Positions 19,428 through 29,425 are shown, counted from the stretch's first letter. The stretch: DNA of 64,000 nucleotides from a virus (IMGVR_UViG_3300011624_000001:24436-88435); one strand, 5' to 3'. The notes: generated by a model not told the origin, from the sequence alone. Translations and numbers: made by a program.

Positions 19428-21056
19428 ATGCCGGACCCAGTTCAACACGTCGAGCTTGACCCGAATGCACAGCCGGGGCCGCAGCCGGTTTCGTGGCTCG
19501 GCTTCAAGCTCATCAATCAGGCCGCAGCGGACGAAATGGGCGCAACCGTCCTGCCGTCCGATAAGTCGCTTTCCGGTCGCGTATGGCTCGCCCTGACCGA
19601 TTCTGATGGCGATGCGCTGTATGTGGCCGGTATCGTGGTGGGCGTGTCGTTCACGGCCGCCGCCGTGCGCTACTCGGTCGCGTTCCCGGTCGCGCCGCAG
19701 CCGCGCGAGGGCGAAACCATGTACGCCGTCGTGGACAACATCGAGTCGGGGCTGGTGCTGGACGCCCTGCCGGACGATGAAACCGTGTTCGATGCGGTGC
19801 TGACCAAGGACGCCGCCGAGCTGCTGCCGGTGGCCGCCGTGGTGCCGGTCCCGGCCCCAGTGCTCGATTCGGCTGGCCTGCTGGCGGTCGGCCGCCTGGA
19901 GGGCGAGCTGGCCGAGCGCGTCACCGCCCTGAAAAGCGCCCTGGCTACGGAGGCCGACTCGATCTACACGCTGGGCGTGGTCCGCGAAGTGGTGAGCCTG
20001 ACCCAGCAAGTGCGGGCCGGTGAGCCTGCGCCAGTGGTCGAGCTGGACCCGACGGAATGGCCGGGCTATGCCGAGGTGCTGCGCGACGAAGGCAAGGCAA
20101 TCAAGTGGCAGGACCGGCTTGATTCGTTCTTCCAAGAGCGCCTTGTCGCCGTGCGCAACGCCCTGCGCGGCCTCGGCTGGACCGGCGAGCAGCGCGCCGC
20201 CCTGACCAAGAACGGCATCATCGCCCGCTTCGACTTCTGGCAGGTCGGCGCTGGCAAGAACGTCGTCGGCATGACCGTCAACGGCATCCGTGACGACCTG
20301 ACCAAGAACGTGGACGAGCTGGCCGCCGCCATCGACGCCACCGCTGCCCTGCCCGAGCCCGCAGGCCCATCCGATCAATTCGGCACCTATCGCGCCTTCA
20401 TCGAGAAGGAACTGGCCGAAGGCCGCACCATCCCGGCTGGCATGCTGGAAATCATCCGTATGGATACCCGCCTGAACGACGGTGAGGCCGAGCAGCTCGA
20501 AGCCCTGGCCGCAGCCCCGGCACCAACCCCGCAGGAGAAACGAAGCATGGAACAACTCATCAAGATCGCCGCCGACAGCCTCGCCCAGTTGCGCCGGATC
20601 GACGTGTACCGCGTCCTCAATTCCGCAGGCGACCAGCGCGCCGAGCTGGCGACCTACATCGCCGCTGGCCGCGCCGATCTGGTGCGCGAAGTCACCGATG
20701 TGATGGCCGAGGAATGGCCGGACCTGGGCTGGACGATGTTCGCGACACCTGCCGTAGTCGAGCGCTCGGACGGCGGCGGCGAGCTGCTGGTGCCGAACAA
20801 GGATGGAGCGCCGAAAGAGTTGGACGTTCCACCCATCCCGCCCGAGGCAAAGTCGGAGCAAGAACTGAATCCGGCCCGCGTGGGCGATATGGCGTTCCTG
20901 AACGGCGTCATTTCGCATGGTGTCGATATGTGGGATGACGGGCTGGCCGACAAGATCGAAGGCATGGCCGCAACCTATGAAGGTGACGCTGAAATCATGG
21001 AGCTGGTGGGCCGCGCGATCAACTCTTACACCGACTTCATGTTGGCAGCCGCGTAA
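19428..21056 (+). CDS. Polyvalent Dar-cluster protein with C-terminal DarA_C-like domain
   Basis: AAAGGA RBS; C-terminal DMAFLNGVISHGVD..LADKIE..AINSYTDFM. Confidence 0.65.
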   Translation: MPDPVQHVELDPNAQPGPQPVSWLGFKLINQAAADEMGATVLPSDKSLSGRVWLALTDSDGDALYVAGIVVGVSFTAAAVRYSVAFPVAPQPREGETMYAVVDNIESGLVLDALPDDETVFDAVLTKDAAELLPVAAVVPVPAPVLDSAGLLAVGRLEGELAERVTALKSALATEADSIYTLGVVREVVSLTQQVRAGEPAPVVELDPTEWPGYAEVLRDEGKAIKWQDRLDSFFQERLVAVRNALRGLGWTGEQRAALTKNGIIARFDFWQVGAGKNVVGMTVNGIRDDLTKNVDELAAAIDATAALPEPAGPSDQFGTYRAFIEKELAEGRTIPAGMLEIIRMDTRLNDGEAEQLEALAAAPAPTPQEKRSMEQLIKIAADSLAQLRRIDVYRVLNSAGDQRAELATYIAAGRADLVREVTDVMAEEWPDLGWTMFATPAVVERSDGGGELLVPNKDGAPKELDVPPIPPEAKSEQELNPARVGDMAFLNGVISHGVDMWDDGLADKIEGMAATYEGDAEIMELVGRAINSYTDFMLAAA

Positions 21057-21065
21057 CAAATGGCT

Positions 21066-21108
21066 TAGGAAAAGCCCCGGTTTTCGGGGAGTGGACGGGC
21101 AGCAAACT
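21066..21108 (+). promoter_or_regulatory. Putative late promoter 5 (GGAAAA-N29-CAAACT)
   Basis: GGAAAA 21068-21073; hexamer 21103-21108. Confidence 0.7.
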
Positions 21109-21152
21109 TTCGGGTGCGCTGCCCGTTTTTCCATTCCTGAACCGGACCTTTG

Positions 21153-24100
21153 ATGAGAATTTTTGACGACGTATCACCCGGCAATCCCCTTGCCAATCTC
21201 AAGCTCGCGCGCGAGCTGGCGCAGCTCAAGAAAGAGCGCGCCGCCATCCCGGCTGACGCCGACACGAAAGCCAAGCTGCGCCTTCTGAAAATCGGCGTGC
21301 GCGTGCGCGAAATCGTGCAGGCGCTCGGCCGCCGCCCGGCCGCTGCCGTCATCGTGCCGCCAGTTGGCGAGCCCGCAACCGTTACCGACCACTTCTACCC
21401 GGACGAAGGAAGCCGCACCAAGGGCCAGCGCCAGCGCGACAACAACGCCGCCATCGCCCTGCTCGCGAAGATCAAGGCCGGTGAGGTGGCCGTGACGGAC
21501 GCCGAGCGCGCCATCCTGGCGAAGTACAGCGGCAACGGCGGCGGCCTGACGGACGCCAACGGCATGACCGGCTCGCCCTACGAGTATTACACCCCGAAGC
21601 CCATCGCCAAGGCCATGTGGACCATGCTGGAAGAACTGGGCTTCCAGGGCGGCACCGTGCTCGACCCGTCGGCGGGTTCCGGCGTGTTCACCGCAACCCG
21701 CCCGGCCAGCGCCGTGATGACGCAGGTAGAGCTGGACGAAACCAGCGGCGGCATCAATGGCGCGATCAATGACGGCCCGACCGTCAGCACCACCATTTCC
21801 CCATTCGAGGCGGTCGCGGCCGCTACGCCGGACGAAATCTATGATGCCGTCGTCACGAACGTCCCGTTCGGCGATCTGGCGATGCGCGGCGACAACCCGT
21901 TGAAAGACAAGCGCTTCCAGAAGGCGAATTTGCAGGAATACTTCATCCTGCGCTCGCTGCAAAAGCTCAAGCCGAACGGGCTCGCCGCCTTCATCGTGCC
22001 GAAGTCGATTGTCTCGGGCCTGTCGTCCAAGGAATCGAAGCTGCGCACCAGCGCCTCGCTCATGGCCGAGTTCCTGGGCGCATACCGCCTGCCGAATAGC
22101 GTGTTCACGACGGCCGCCGCCGACGTGACCACCGACCTGATCGTGTTCCGCAAGTTCTCGCGCGAGGCGGCGACGAAAATCGCCGAGGTGCAGGAGCAGA
22201 ACCCGGCTCTGCTGGGCGAAGCGGGCGTGCTGTGGGATGAATTCCTGTCCGGTAAATACTTCGCTGGCGTGGGCCGCAAATACATCCTGGGCGAAGAAGG
22301 CACGACCACTGGCCGCTACGGCGAGGTGGCCGCCATCATCAACGACGACAGCATCTCCAACATCGCAAAGCTCATCAAGCGTTTCCCGGCGTCGCACATC
22401 AACTGGGAGCTGCTGAATACGGCCGAAACCGCGCCCATCACCTACGCCGACGGCGACGTGATCCATTCCAACGGGCAGACCCTGGAGTTCAAGGACGGCG
22501 CATGGGTGGCGCTGGAATCGGACGTGGCCGAGGACAAGGAAATGCAGGGCGTGGGCACGAAGGTGCAAACCCCGCTCGAATGCGTCAACAACGGCATCAC
22601 CTGGGATCAAGCCGCGCGCTGGATCGACTACGAGAACATGAGGGGCCGCCACATGGGCACGCCCCATTGGCTCCTGGCCGTGCGCAACTCGCTCGACCAC
22701 CTGGGCGAAGGCGAGCGCCAGAGCTGGTGGGAGGCGATCAGCGCCGGGCTGGCCGTCATGGGGCTCATGCAGGAGTCGAGCAGCGTCGAGCCGTACAACT
22801 ACAAGGAAGGCTACCCGGCCCTGTCGGCCCAGCTCGCGCGCGTCCAGTCCTACGGCAACAAGTCGTTCGGCCGCGCCGCCAAGGTCGTCAAGGACGGGCT
22901 GCTGTCGATCCGCAATGCCCGCGTGAAGGGCCAATTTACCCCGTTCTGGCTGGGCGAAATCCTGGCAACGACCGAGGCCGCGGTGCTCACGCCATCCCAG
23001 CTTTACGAGAAGGTCAAGTACGAAGCCGAGGACGAATCGGGCTATGTGCCGGTCGAGAAGATGGCGCAGGCATTCTCGGGCTTCGATCCGCTGGCGGATG
23101 AGGACTGGTGCATTTCGGCCGACGGCAAATCCGTCATCCACGCCAACGACTACTACACCGGCAGCTATGCCGACTTCCTGGCGAGTGCGGCCGCCGAGCT
23201 GGAGGCCTGCGACGATCCGGCAATCCGCATGAAGCTGGCGCGCCAGCACGAAGCGGCGAAGACCCGCCTGGGCACCGTGGACGTGTCGCGCATGACGTTC
23301 TCGCTGTTCACGCCCCACGTCACGATGCTGCAAAAGCTGGAGTTCCTGCGCGCCTACGTGAGCCCGGACATCTTCCTGACCACCGACGCGCTCGGCCGCG
23401 ACCAGTTCGACATCAAGCAGCCGTCGCTGTCGAAGTGGGCCACGCCCGAGCAGGCGGCCGCGCACAAGTCGATGCAGCGTTTCGTCAAAGGCTATCTGAA
23501 AAACCAGAACATCACGACCCAAAGCAAGGCCGTAGATGTGGAGTCGGACCCGGAGAAAGAGGCGGCGCTGGTCCGTCGCATCAAGGAAATCGCCGACGGC
23601 GCGAAGGCACAGTTCGACGCCTGGGCGCGCGCCAACGACGAAGTGCAGGCCGGGTTGAATGCCCGCCTCAACTCTCCCGAGGCGCTGCGCTTCATCCAAG
23701 AGCCGGACACCTCGCCCCTGGAAATCCCGAACCTGAACGTGCAGGACTTCCGGCCGCACGGCTACCAATACGGGGCAGTGCGTCGCTTTTCGCGCAACTT
23801 CGGCGGCGTCCTGGGCTTCGACGTGGGCCTGGGCAAGACCCTGACTGCGCTCGCAACCGTCCAGTATTGCCAGAGCATCGGCGTCAAGCGCAAGACCATT
23901 TTCGTGGTGCCGAATGCGACCCTGACCAACTGGAAGAAGGAAAGCGGCAAGGCCTATCTCGACACCTCCGATTGCCTGTATGTCGGTCTGGTGCAGGGCA
24001 AGAGCGGCAAGGACAAGATCGACAATGCCCAGGTGAAGCTGGACCTGAACACGATCCGCGAAAACCGCCACTCGAAAATCTTCATGACGCTCGAAGCGTT

Positions 24101-27100
24101 CAAGATGATCCCGCTGCGCGACGAAACGATGGCCGCCTACGTGCAATACCTGACGGAGAACGACGACGCCTATCTGCTGGCCGAAGAAGACGCCAGCAAG
24201 AAGAAGGCCAACATCGCAGCCGACAGCAAGAGCAAGGCCGTCAAGGATACCGGCGAGAAGTCCGGCGCACTGCCCTACTTCGAGGATATGGGCGTCGATT
24301 CCCTGGTGCTGGACGAGGCGCACAACTACAAGAACAGCAAGATGACCAGCTCCCAGTTCAAGGGCGCGAAGTATCTGGCCGACCCGAGCAAGTCGCAGCG
24401 CGGCATGGATATGCAGGCAAAGGCCTGGTTCCTGCGCGGCCTGTCGCCCCGCAACGACGGCGTGCTGTCCCTGACCGCAACCCCGGTGACGAATTCGCCG
24501 CTGGAGGTCTATGCGATGCTGACCCTGGCGCTGGGTGAGCGCGAAGTCAATTCGATGTACGGCGTGACCGGCGCGGACTCGTTCATGGCGGCCGCATGCG
24601 AGATTGACGAGCGCGAAGAAGAAAACATCGTGGGTATCATGCGCCCGGTGCGCGTGTTCGGCGGCCTGCAAAACGCGGGCCTGCTGCGCCGCCTGCTGCA
24701 AACCGCTGCCGTCATCAAGACCGCCGAGGACGTGAAGGCCGACGGCCTGAACATCAGCGTGCCGGACGCCGACGAAGTTGCCGTGTCGGTCGATATCGGC
24801 GGCGACGCCATGAGCACGATCATCGGCTACAAAGATGAGTACATCGAGGCAGTCGAGGCCGTCAAGGCTGGTGGCGCGTCGCCCGAGGAAAAGCTGGCCG
24901 CCAGTCCGTTCAACCTGATCCGCAAGATGACGAAGGTCATCAACGACCGCGAGCTGGACACCGGCATTTTCAGCTTCAAGCATGGCGCGGCGCAGAGCGA
25001 GGCGGCCGCCAAGGCAGTTGCGGCCTTCAACAAGAAAAACGTCGTGGAAGAACGCGACTACGTGGACGAGAACGCCGACCCGGCCGACGTGAAAACCCGC
25101 GTCGTGAAGGACATGGAAACCGGCGAATCGGTGACGAAGTTCCTCATCACCGTGCGCGCCCGCGCGGCGGCGAGCGGCAACGCGGTCGAGCTGCTGTCAA
25201 CTGACTTTGAAACCCAGGACGTGCTGCTCAAGCTGCTGGCCGCCAACGGCATCGAGCCATCGGTGAAGATCAGCCCGAAGCTGGCCGCGATGATCGAGAA
25301 CGTGCGCAATGAGGCGGCGACCCCGCGCCACATGGGACAGGCCAAGCAGATCATTTTCTGCGACGAGCTGAGCCTGCACCACAAGATCAAGCTGGCGCTG
25401 ACGCAGGCCGTCGGCATCCCGGCATCGAAAATCAAGATCGTCAACGCGGTGAGCGTGGACACGGCCGGTATGCAGGACGTGCAGGACGGGTTCAACGCCG
25501 ATGGCGAGGACAACAAGTACACCATCGTCATCGCCAACAAGAAGGCCGAGGTGGGCATCAACCTGCAAAAAGGCTGTCAGGCGATCCATCACCTGACTAT
25601 CGGATGGACGCCGGACTCGATCCACCAGCGCAACGGCCGTGGCGTGCGCCAGGGCAACCCGGTGAGCAAAGTCAGTGTGTACCACTACGACGCCGACGGC
25701 ACTTTCGACGGCTACAAGCGCAAGCTGGTGGGCATCAAGGCCGATTGGATCGGCGCGCTGATGTCCGGCGACTCGGCTTCGATCAAGATCGAGGGCGATA
25801 TGTCGAAAGAGGACTACGAAATGCTGGCGAACGCCGTGGGCGACGCGGGCGCGATGGGCCGCATCAGCGAGGAAATCGAAAAGCGCCAGAAGCGCCAGAA
25901 GATCGCCGCCGTCAAGGTGGCCCAGTTGCAAAGCCTACGCATCATCGAAGCGCAGTCGAAGTGGCTGGCGAGCTTCGGCGAGGCCTCGGGCGCGCGGCCG
26001 CTGACGGGCTTCTCGGCGTGGTGCAAGGGCAAGATGGTGGCAGCGACGCAGACCACTGCCGCGATCCGCAAGGTGCAAGAGCGCCTGGACGAAACCGAAG
26101 GCCCGATTCTGTCGGCGCGCCTGCGCAAGCAGATCGAGGAACTGACCGCCAAGCGCGCGGGCCAGCTCGCCATCCTGGGCGGCCTGCCAACCGATTCGAG
26201 TGGCATGCCGATTGCGCCGTCCGAATACACCCAGCTCAACGACGCCATCAAGGCGACGGAGGCCTATGCGAACTGGCAGAAAGACCTGTCCATCGTCACC
26301 CGCATGCGTGACGAAGCCGCAGTCAGCTTCAACATGCGCGCCACCGAGGGCTACAGCAAGGACGATCTGGCCGCATTCCAAGCCGGTGAGGCCGAAATCG
26401 TGACGGGCTCGCTCGCCACCGTGGGCAGCTTCGTGGAGTTCGGCGACAAGCTGCTGGTCGTGATGAAGCCGCGCGCCGGGGTTGCCCTGGTGGGCTTCAA
26501 TCCTGCGGACCAGAGCACGACCGAGCTGCTGCGCATGACCGGCGCGAAATTCGTCGCCCGCAGCTCCGACGAGTGGAAGGCGACCGTGCAGCGCGCGGTT
26601 GATCTGGACAAGGCGCGTATCGCCACCGGCCAGGGCTTCCAGGCCAACGACCTGTCGCTGTATTCGTCCCTGGTCGCCGACGTGCGCGACGCCCTGGACG
26701 TGGCGATTCCTTCGCAAAGCCTGAACGCCGACACGTTCCAGTTCAAGGAGCCATATTTCCCGTTCGCGCTGGAGCAAGGCGCAAAGGGCGGCGCGCTGGT
26801 GGCGAAGATCATGGCCGAGCATGCGCCGCTGATTCAGTCCTACGGCCGCTACAAGCAAGTGGTGCTGACGGACCTGCGCAACCTGGGCAGCGGCGGCTAT
26901 GCGGCCGAGGAAGGCAAGATCAAGGCGCTGGCCGTGTACGCCATCGGCCACAAGCTGCGCGCCACTGAGGCCGATCTGATGGCCGTGAGCGGCACTAGCA
27001 TGAGCCGGGCACTCACCATCCTGGGCACCCTGAGCGAGTTCACCAATGCCCTGCCGGGCGGCGTGGCGAGCGCCAAGACGCACGACGAGCTGGACGCCTG

Positions 27101-27950
27101 GGCTCTCAACTTCCTGCGCACCCAGCAGCAGGCGGTTGACGTGGAATCGCTGGAAAGCGCACTGGGCTACCAGTATCCCGCCTACGTGAAGCGCCGCAAC
27201 ACGATTGACGACGGCATCGAGCGCTGGCACCTGTTCCCGGCAGACACCAAGTACGCGATTCAGACGGTGGCCTCGACCGCACTGGCCGAGGCCGTCCAGA
27301 AAGGCCTGCTGTCCGACGAAATCGCCGCCGCATCGGGCGAATACTCGCTCCCGTATGGCTTCATGGCCGACCACGGCCGCAAGCTGGTCGAGGTGCTGTT
27401 CGCCGAAGTGGGCGAATATGTCGAGCTGAAAGTTGGCGCGGCCGAGGCGCGTGCCCTGCAAAGCCTGCCAGCGTCGGCGCGCATGCACGTCAAAACCTGG
27501 ACGGTGGCGCAACAGATCACGGAATACTTCGCTTCCGCGAGCTGGTACAACCTGCGCAAGCTGGGCAAGGCGCACAAGGCCATGCACTCGCTCGACGTGG
27601 CAGGCGTGGACGCTGACGGCATGCTCAAGGCGCTGCGCAAGCTGCCGGGTGTCGTGTCGGCCGTCGTGGGCACCGCCGACGAAATGAAAGCGGCAGACCG
27701 CTACTCGTCGAGTTACTTTTACGCGGCCAACGGGTACATTCTGCTGAAAACGACCAAGGGCACGCCAACACACGAAAAGATCGCCACCGCTGGCGCGGCC
27801 GGGCTGCAAGGCCGCACGTTCGACAACTCGGCCAAGGCATTCCGGGTGACGATCAAGGACGGCGAGAAATTCAGCGACGGCAAGCCAGTCGCGTCGGTCG
27901 CCAGCCTGTTTGCACACTTGGGCCTGAACATCGGCGACTACCTGCTGTAA
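21153..27950 (+). CDS. darB: DarB-like N6-adenine methyltransferase / SF2 (SNF2-like) helicase polyvalent protein
   Basis: YYTP, VLDPSAGSG and TNVPF MTase motifs; FDVGLGKT, LDEAHNYKN and QRNGRGVRQGN helicase motifs. Confidence 0.9.
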   Translation: MRIFDDVSPGNPLANLKLARELAQLKKERAAIPADADTKAKLRLLKIGVRVREIVQALGRRPAAAVIVPPVGEPATVTDHFYPDEGSRTKGQRQRDNNAAIALLAKIKAGEVAVTDAERAILAKYSGNGGGLTDANGMTGSPYEYYTPKPIAKAMWTMLEELGFQGGTVLDPSAGSGVFTATRPASAVMTQVELDETSGGINGAINDGPTVSTTISPFEAVAAATPDEIYDAVVTNVPFGDLAMRGDNPLKDKRFQKANLQEYFILRSLQKLKPNGLAAFIVPKSIVSGLSSKESKLRTSASLMAEFLGAYRLPNSVFTTAAADVTTDLIVFRKFSREAATKIAEVQEQNPALLGEAGVLWDEFLSGKYFAGVGRKYILGEEGTTTGRYGEVAAIINDDSISNIAKLIKRFPASHINWELLNTAETAPITYADGDVIHSNGQTLEFKDGAWVALESDVAEDKEMQGVGTKVQTPLECVNNGITWDQAARWIDYENMRGRHMGTPHWLLAVRNSLDHLGEGERQSWWEAISAGLAVMGLMQESSSVEPYNYKEGYPALSAQLARVQSYGNKSFGRAAKVVKDGLLSIRNARVKGQFTPFWLGEILATTEAAVLTPSQLYEKVKYEAEDESGYVPVEKMAQAFSGFDPLADEDWCISADGKSVIHANDYYTGSYADFLASAAAELEACDDPAIRMKLARQHEAAKTRLGTVDVSRMTFSLFTPHVTMLQKLEFLRAYVSPDIFLTTDALGRDQFDIKQPSLSKWATPEQAAAHKSMQRFVKGYLKNQNITTQSKAVDVESDPEKEAALVRRIKEIADGAKAQFDAWARANDEVQAGLNARLNSPEALRFIQEPDTSPLEIPNLNVQDFRPHGYQYGAVRRFSRNFGGVLGFDVGLGKTLTALATVQYCQSIGVKRKTIFVVPNATLTNWKKESGKAYLDTSDCLYVGLVQGKSGKDKIDNAQVKLDLNTIRENRHSKIFMTLEAFKMIPLRDETMAAYVQYLTENDDAYLLAEEDASKKKANIAADSKSKAVKDTGEKSGALPYFEDMGVDSLVLDEAHNYKNSKMTSSQFKGAKYLADPSKSQRGMDMQAKAWFLRGLSPRNDGVLSLTATPVTNSPLEVYAMLTLALGEREVNSMYGVTGADSFMAAACEIDEREEENIVGIMRPVRVFGGLQNAGLLRRLLQTAAVIKTAEDVKADGLNISVPDADEVAVSVDIGGDAMSTIIGYKDEYIEAVEAVKAGGASPEEKLAASPFNLIRKMTKVINDRELDTGIFSFKHGAAQSEAAAKAVAAFNKKNVVEERDYVDENADPADVKTRVVKDMETGESVTKFLITVRARAAASGNAVELLSTDFETQDVLLKLLAANGIEPSVKISPKLAAMIENVRNEAATPRHMGQAKQIIFCDELSLHHKIKLALTQAVGIPASKIKIVNAVSVDTAGMQDVQDGFNADGEDNKYTIVIANKKAEVGINLQKGCQAIHHLTIGWTPDSIHQRNGRGVRQGNPVSKVSVYHYDADGTFDGYKRKLVGIKADWIGALMSGDSASIKIEGDMSKEDYEMLANAVGDAGAMGRISEEIEKRQKRQKIAAVKVAQLQSLRIIEAQSKWLASFGEASGARPLTGFSAWCKGKMVAATQTTAAIRKVQERLDETEGPILSARLRKQIEELTAKRAGQLAILGGLPTDSSGMPIAPSEYTQLNDAIKATEAYANWQKDLSIVTRMRDEAAVSFNMRATEGYSKDDLAAFQAGEAEIVTGSLATVGSFVEFGDKLLVVMKPRAGVALVGFNPADQSTTELLRMTGAKFVARSSDEWKATVQRAVDLDKARIATGQGFQANDLSLYSSLVADVRDALDVAIPSQSLNADTFQFKEPYFPFALEQGAKGGALVAKIMAEHAPLIQSYGRYKQVVLTDLRNLGSGGYAAEEGKIKALAVYAIGHKLRATEADLMAVSGTSMSRALTILGTLSEFTNALPGGVASAKTHDELDAWALNFLRTQQQAVDVESLESALGYQYPAYVKRRNTIDDGIERWHLFPADTKYAIQTVASTALAEAVQKGLLSDEIAAASGEYSLPYGFMADHGRKLVEVLFAEVGEYVELKVGAAEARALQSLPASARMHVKTWTVAQQITEYFASASWYNLRKLGKAHKAMHSLDVAGVDADGMLKALRKLPGVVSAVVGTADEMKAADRYSSSYFYAANGYILLKTTKGTPTHEKIATAGAAGLQGRTFDNSAKAFRVTIKDGEKFSDGKPVASVASLFAHLGLNIGDYLL

Positions 27951-27999
27951 ACTCTAACCCGCCGCCCCATCACCGGGGTGGCGTCACCGAAAGAACGAT

Positions 28000-28401
28000 A
28001 TGAGCGAACCGGATTTCAAGATGGACCCCGACTACCTGCGCGGGAAGCTGGTCGAGCTGGGCGCGCAAGTGGGCGGCAAGCCCCTGCTGCCCATCTTCAT
28101 CGAGCAGACCCGCAAGGTGCTGGCGAAAGACCCGAAGAACTACCTGCGCTACGGCCCCTACTGGTGGGCCATGAAGCGCATCCTGCGCGCAGGCGGCGTG
28201 GCCGTGGGCACCTACGATGAGCCGGTATGGGCCGACGAATACGCGGTAAAGGACGGCGACGCGGTGAGCCCGGAACTGACTTTGCTGGCGGGCTGGGATT
28301 TCGGCGACGACCAGATAGGCAGCGTCGGCGTGCTGACCAACGAATACGACCTGGGCGGCCGCACGTTCGTGCTGTATGACCCGGATCAGGCTTCGCGCTG
28401 A
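28000..28401 (+). CDS. ulx: Ulx-like protein (P1 DarB packaging helper)
   Basis: KDPKNYLRYGPYW motif resembles P1 Ulx; adjacent to darB as in P1. Confidence 0.65.
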   Translation: MSEPDFKMDPDYLRGKLVELGAQVGGKPLLPIFIEQTRKVLAKDPKNYLRYGPYWWAMKRILRAGGVAVGTYDEPVWADEYAVKDGDAVSPELTLLAGWDFGDDQIGSVGVLTNEYDLGGRTFVLYDPDQASR

Positions 28402-28423
28402 CCAGCGCCAGCCCGCAGGACCG

Positions 28424-28447
28424 AGCCCGGCACGACCGGGCTTTTTT
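28424..28447 (+). terminator. Intrinsic terminator after ulx
   Basis: AGCCCGG-CACGA-CCGGGCT followed by a T-tract. Confidence 0.8.
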
Positions 28448-28467
28448 ACGCCTGATGAAAAAAGCGG

Positions 28468-28500
28468 TTGACGATGCGGATTATGAGCGCATACAATCTG
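28468..28500 (+). promoter_or_regulatory. sigma70 promoter of island 2 with shared 20-bp core
   Basis: TTGACG (28468-28473), 18 nt, TACAAT (28492-28497). Confidence 0.75.
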
Positions 28501-28547
28501 TTTCATTGATGCGGCGCACGGTGCGCGGCGAACGACGGAGAATTCAA

Positions 28548-29138
28548 ATGTCGAAGAAGGCAAAGAACAAATTCAGCTTTACTACCGCCGAGGGCAAAGT
28601 GGAAACCCGTAGCAGCGACCGCACCTACACCCACGTCGTTGTCATGCGTACCAATGTTGCCGCCCTCCGCGTGGAAGCGGTGTCGGCAGAGAATCGCAAG
28701 CAGGACCGCAAGAACTTCGCGTTCTTCGCTGCGATGGCGTCGGGCGAGGTGGGCAAGATTCCTGCGGTTCCTGGTGGCTGGAACTGGCCGCTCAAGCAGG
28801 AGGACAAGGACAAGTACGCGGCACAAGTCGCTCCGTACCGTGACGCCGAGGATTACGCCGACAAGCGCGCGGCTGCCCGCCTTGAGCACATCAACAAGCA
28901 GTACGGCGCTGCCGATATCGGCCCTGAATATGTCGCCCAGTGGTCTATGTCCGAAACGAACGCACGCAAGGGTGTTAAATCGTCGCAGTGGATTGCCAGC
29001 GCCCGAGTTGTCGCCCTGGCCTGCCCTGCGCCTGCTGCCGACAACCTGAGCGGCTGGGTGCCGGAAGATGACCCGGATGCCTGGAAGGCGCGCGACGACT
29101 CCCTGATCGCTGCCGCTGCCGCGAAGCGCAAAGCCTAA
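28548..29138 (+). CDS. Hypothetical protein (accessory island 2)
   Basis: GGAG RBS, ATG 28548; the upstream in-frame ATG at 28455 lies before the promoter. Confidence 0.65.
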   Translation: MSKKAKNKFSFTTAEGKVETRSSDRTYTHVVVMRTNVAALRVEAVSAENRKQDRKNFAFFAAMASGEVGKIPAVPGGWNWPLKQEDKDKYAAQVAPYRDAEDYADKRAAARLEHINKQYGAADIGPEYVAQWSMSETNARKGVKSSQWIASARVVALACPAPAADNLSGWVPEDDPDAWKARDDSLIAAAAAKRKA

Positions 29139-29179
29139 TAACCCGCGCCCGAAAGGGCGCACTACTGGAGATAGAGAAA

Positions 29180-29362
29180 ATGAGCACGGCCGAGCAAAAG
29201 CTGAATTACAACCCGAGTGACCCTGACAAGATGGACTTGCCGGTCGGCCTGACCTGCGGCGACTGTGCGCATATCAGGCGCTGCAAGGCGATGTTCGGCC
29301 ACGTCGAAAGCGACACCTCCTGCGACTGGTCGCCTTCGCGCTTCGTGGTTAAGACCGCCTAA
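29180..29362 (+). CDS. Small Cys-rich protein (CGDC..C..C)
   Basis: GGAG RBS; four Cys suggest a metal site. Confidence 0.65.
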   Translation: MSTAEQKLNYNPSDPDKMDLPVGLTCGDCAHIRRCKAMFGHVESDTSCDWSPSRFVVKTA

Positions 29363-29395
29363 CACCAGCCCGCGCCCGCTACGATGGGCACATAA

Positions 29396-29420
29396 AAAGC
29401 CCGCCGCGTGCGGGCTTTCT
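29396..29420. terminator. Probable bidirectional terminator
   Basis: AAAGCCCGC-CGCGT-GCGGGCTTT. Confidence 0.75.
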
Positions 29421-29425
29421 TCATT

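Noticed and set aside
21174-24983. 1269-aa antisense ORF, and similar long shadow ORFs (4587-6104, 14696-16153, 18975-21134, 25935-27917, 37884-39599, 49526-51664, 58368-60125)
   Set aside because: They lie opposite well-supported genes; strong GC3 bias suppresses antisense stops; no motifs or RBS.
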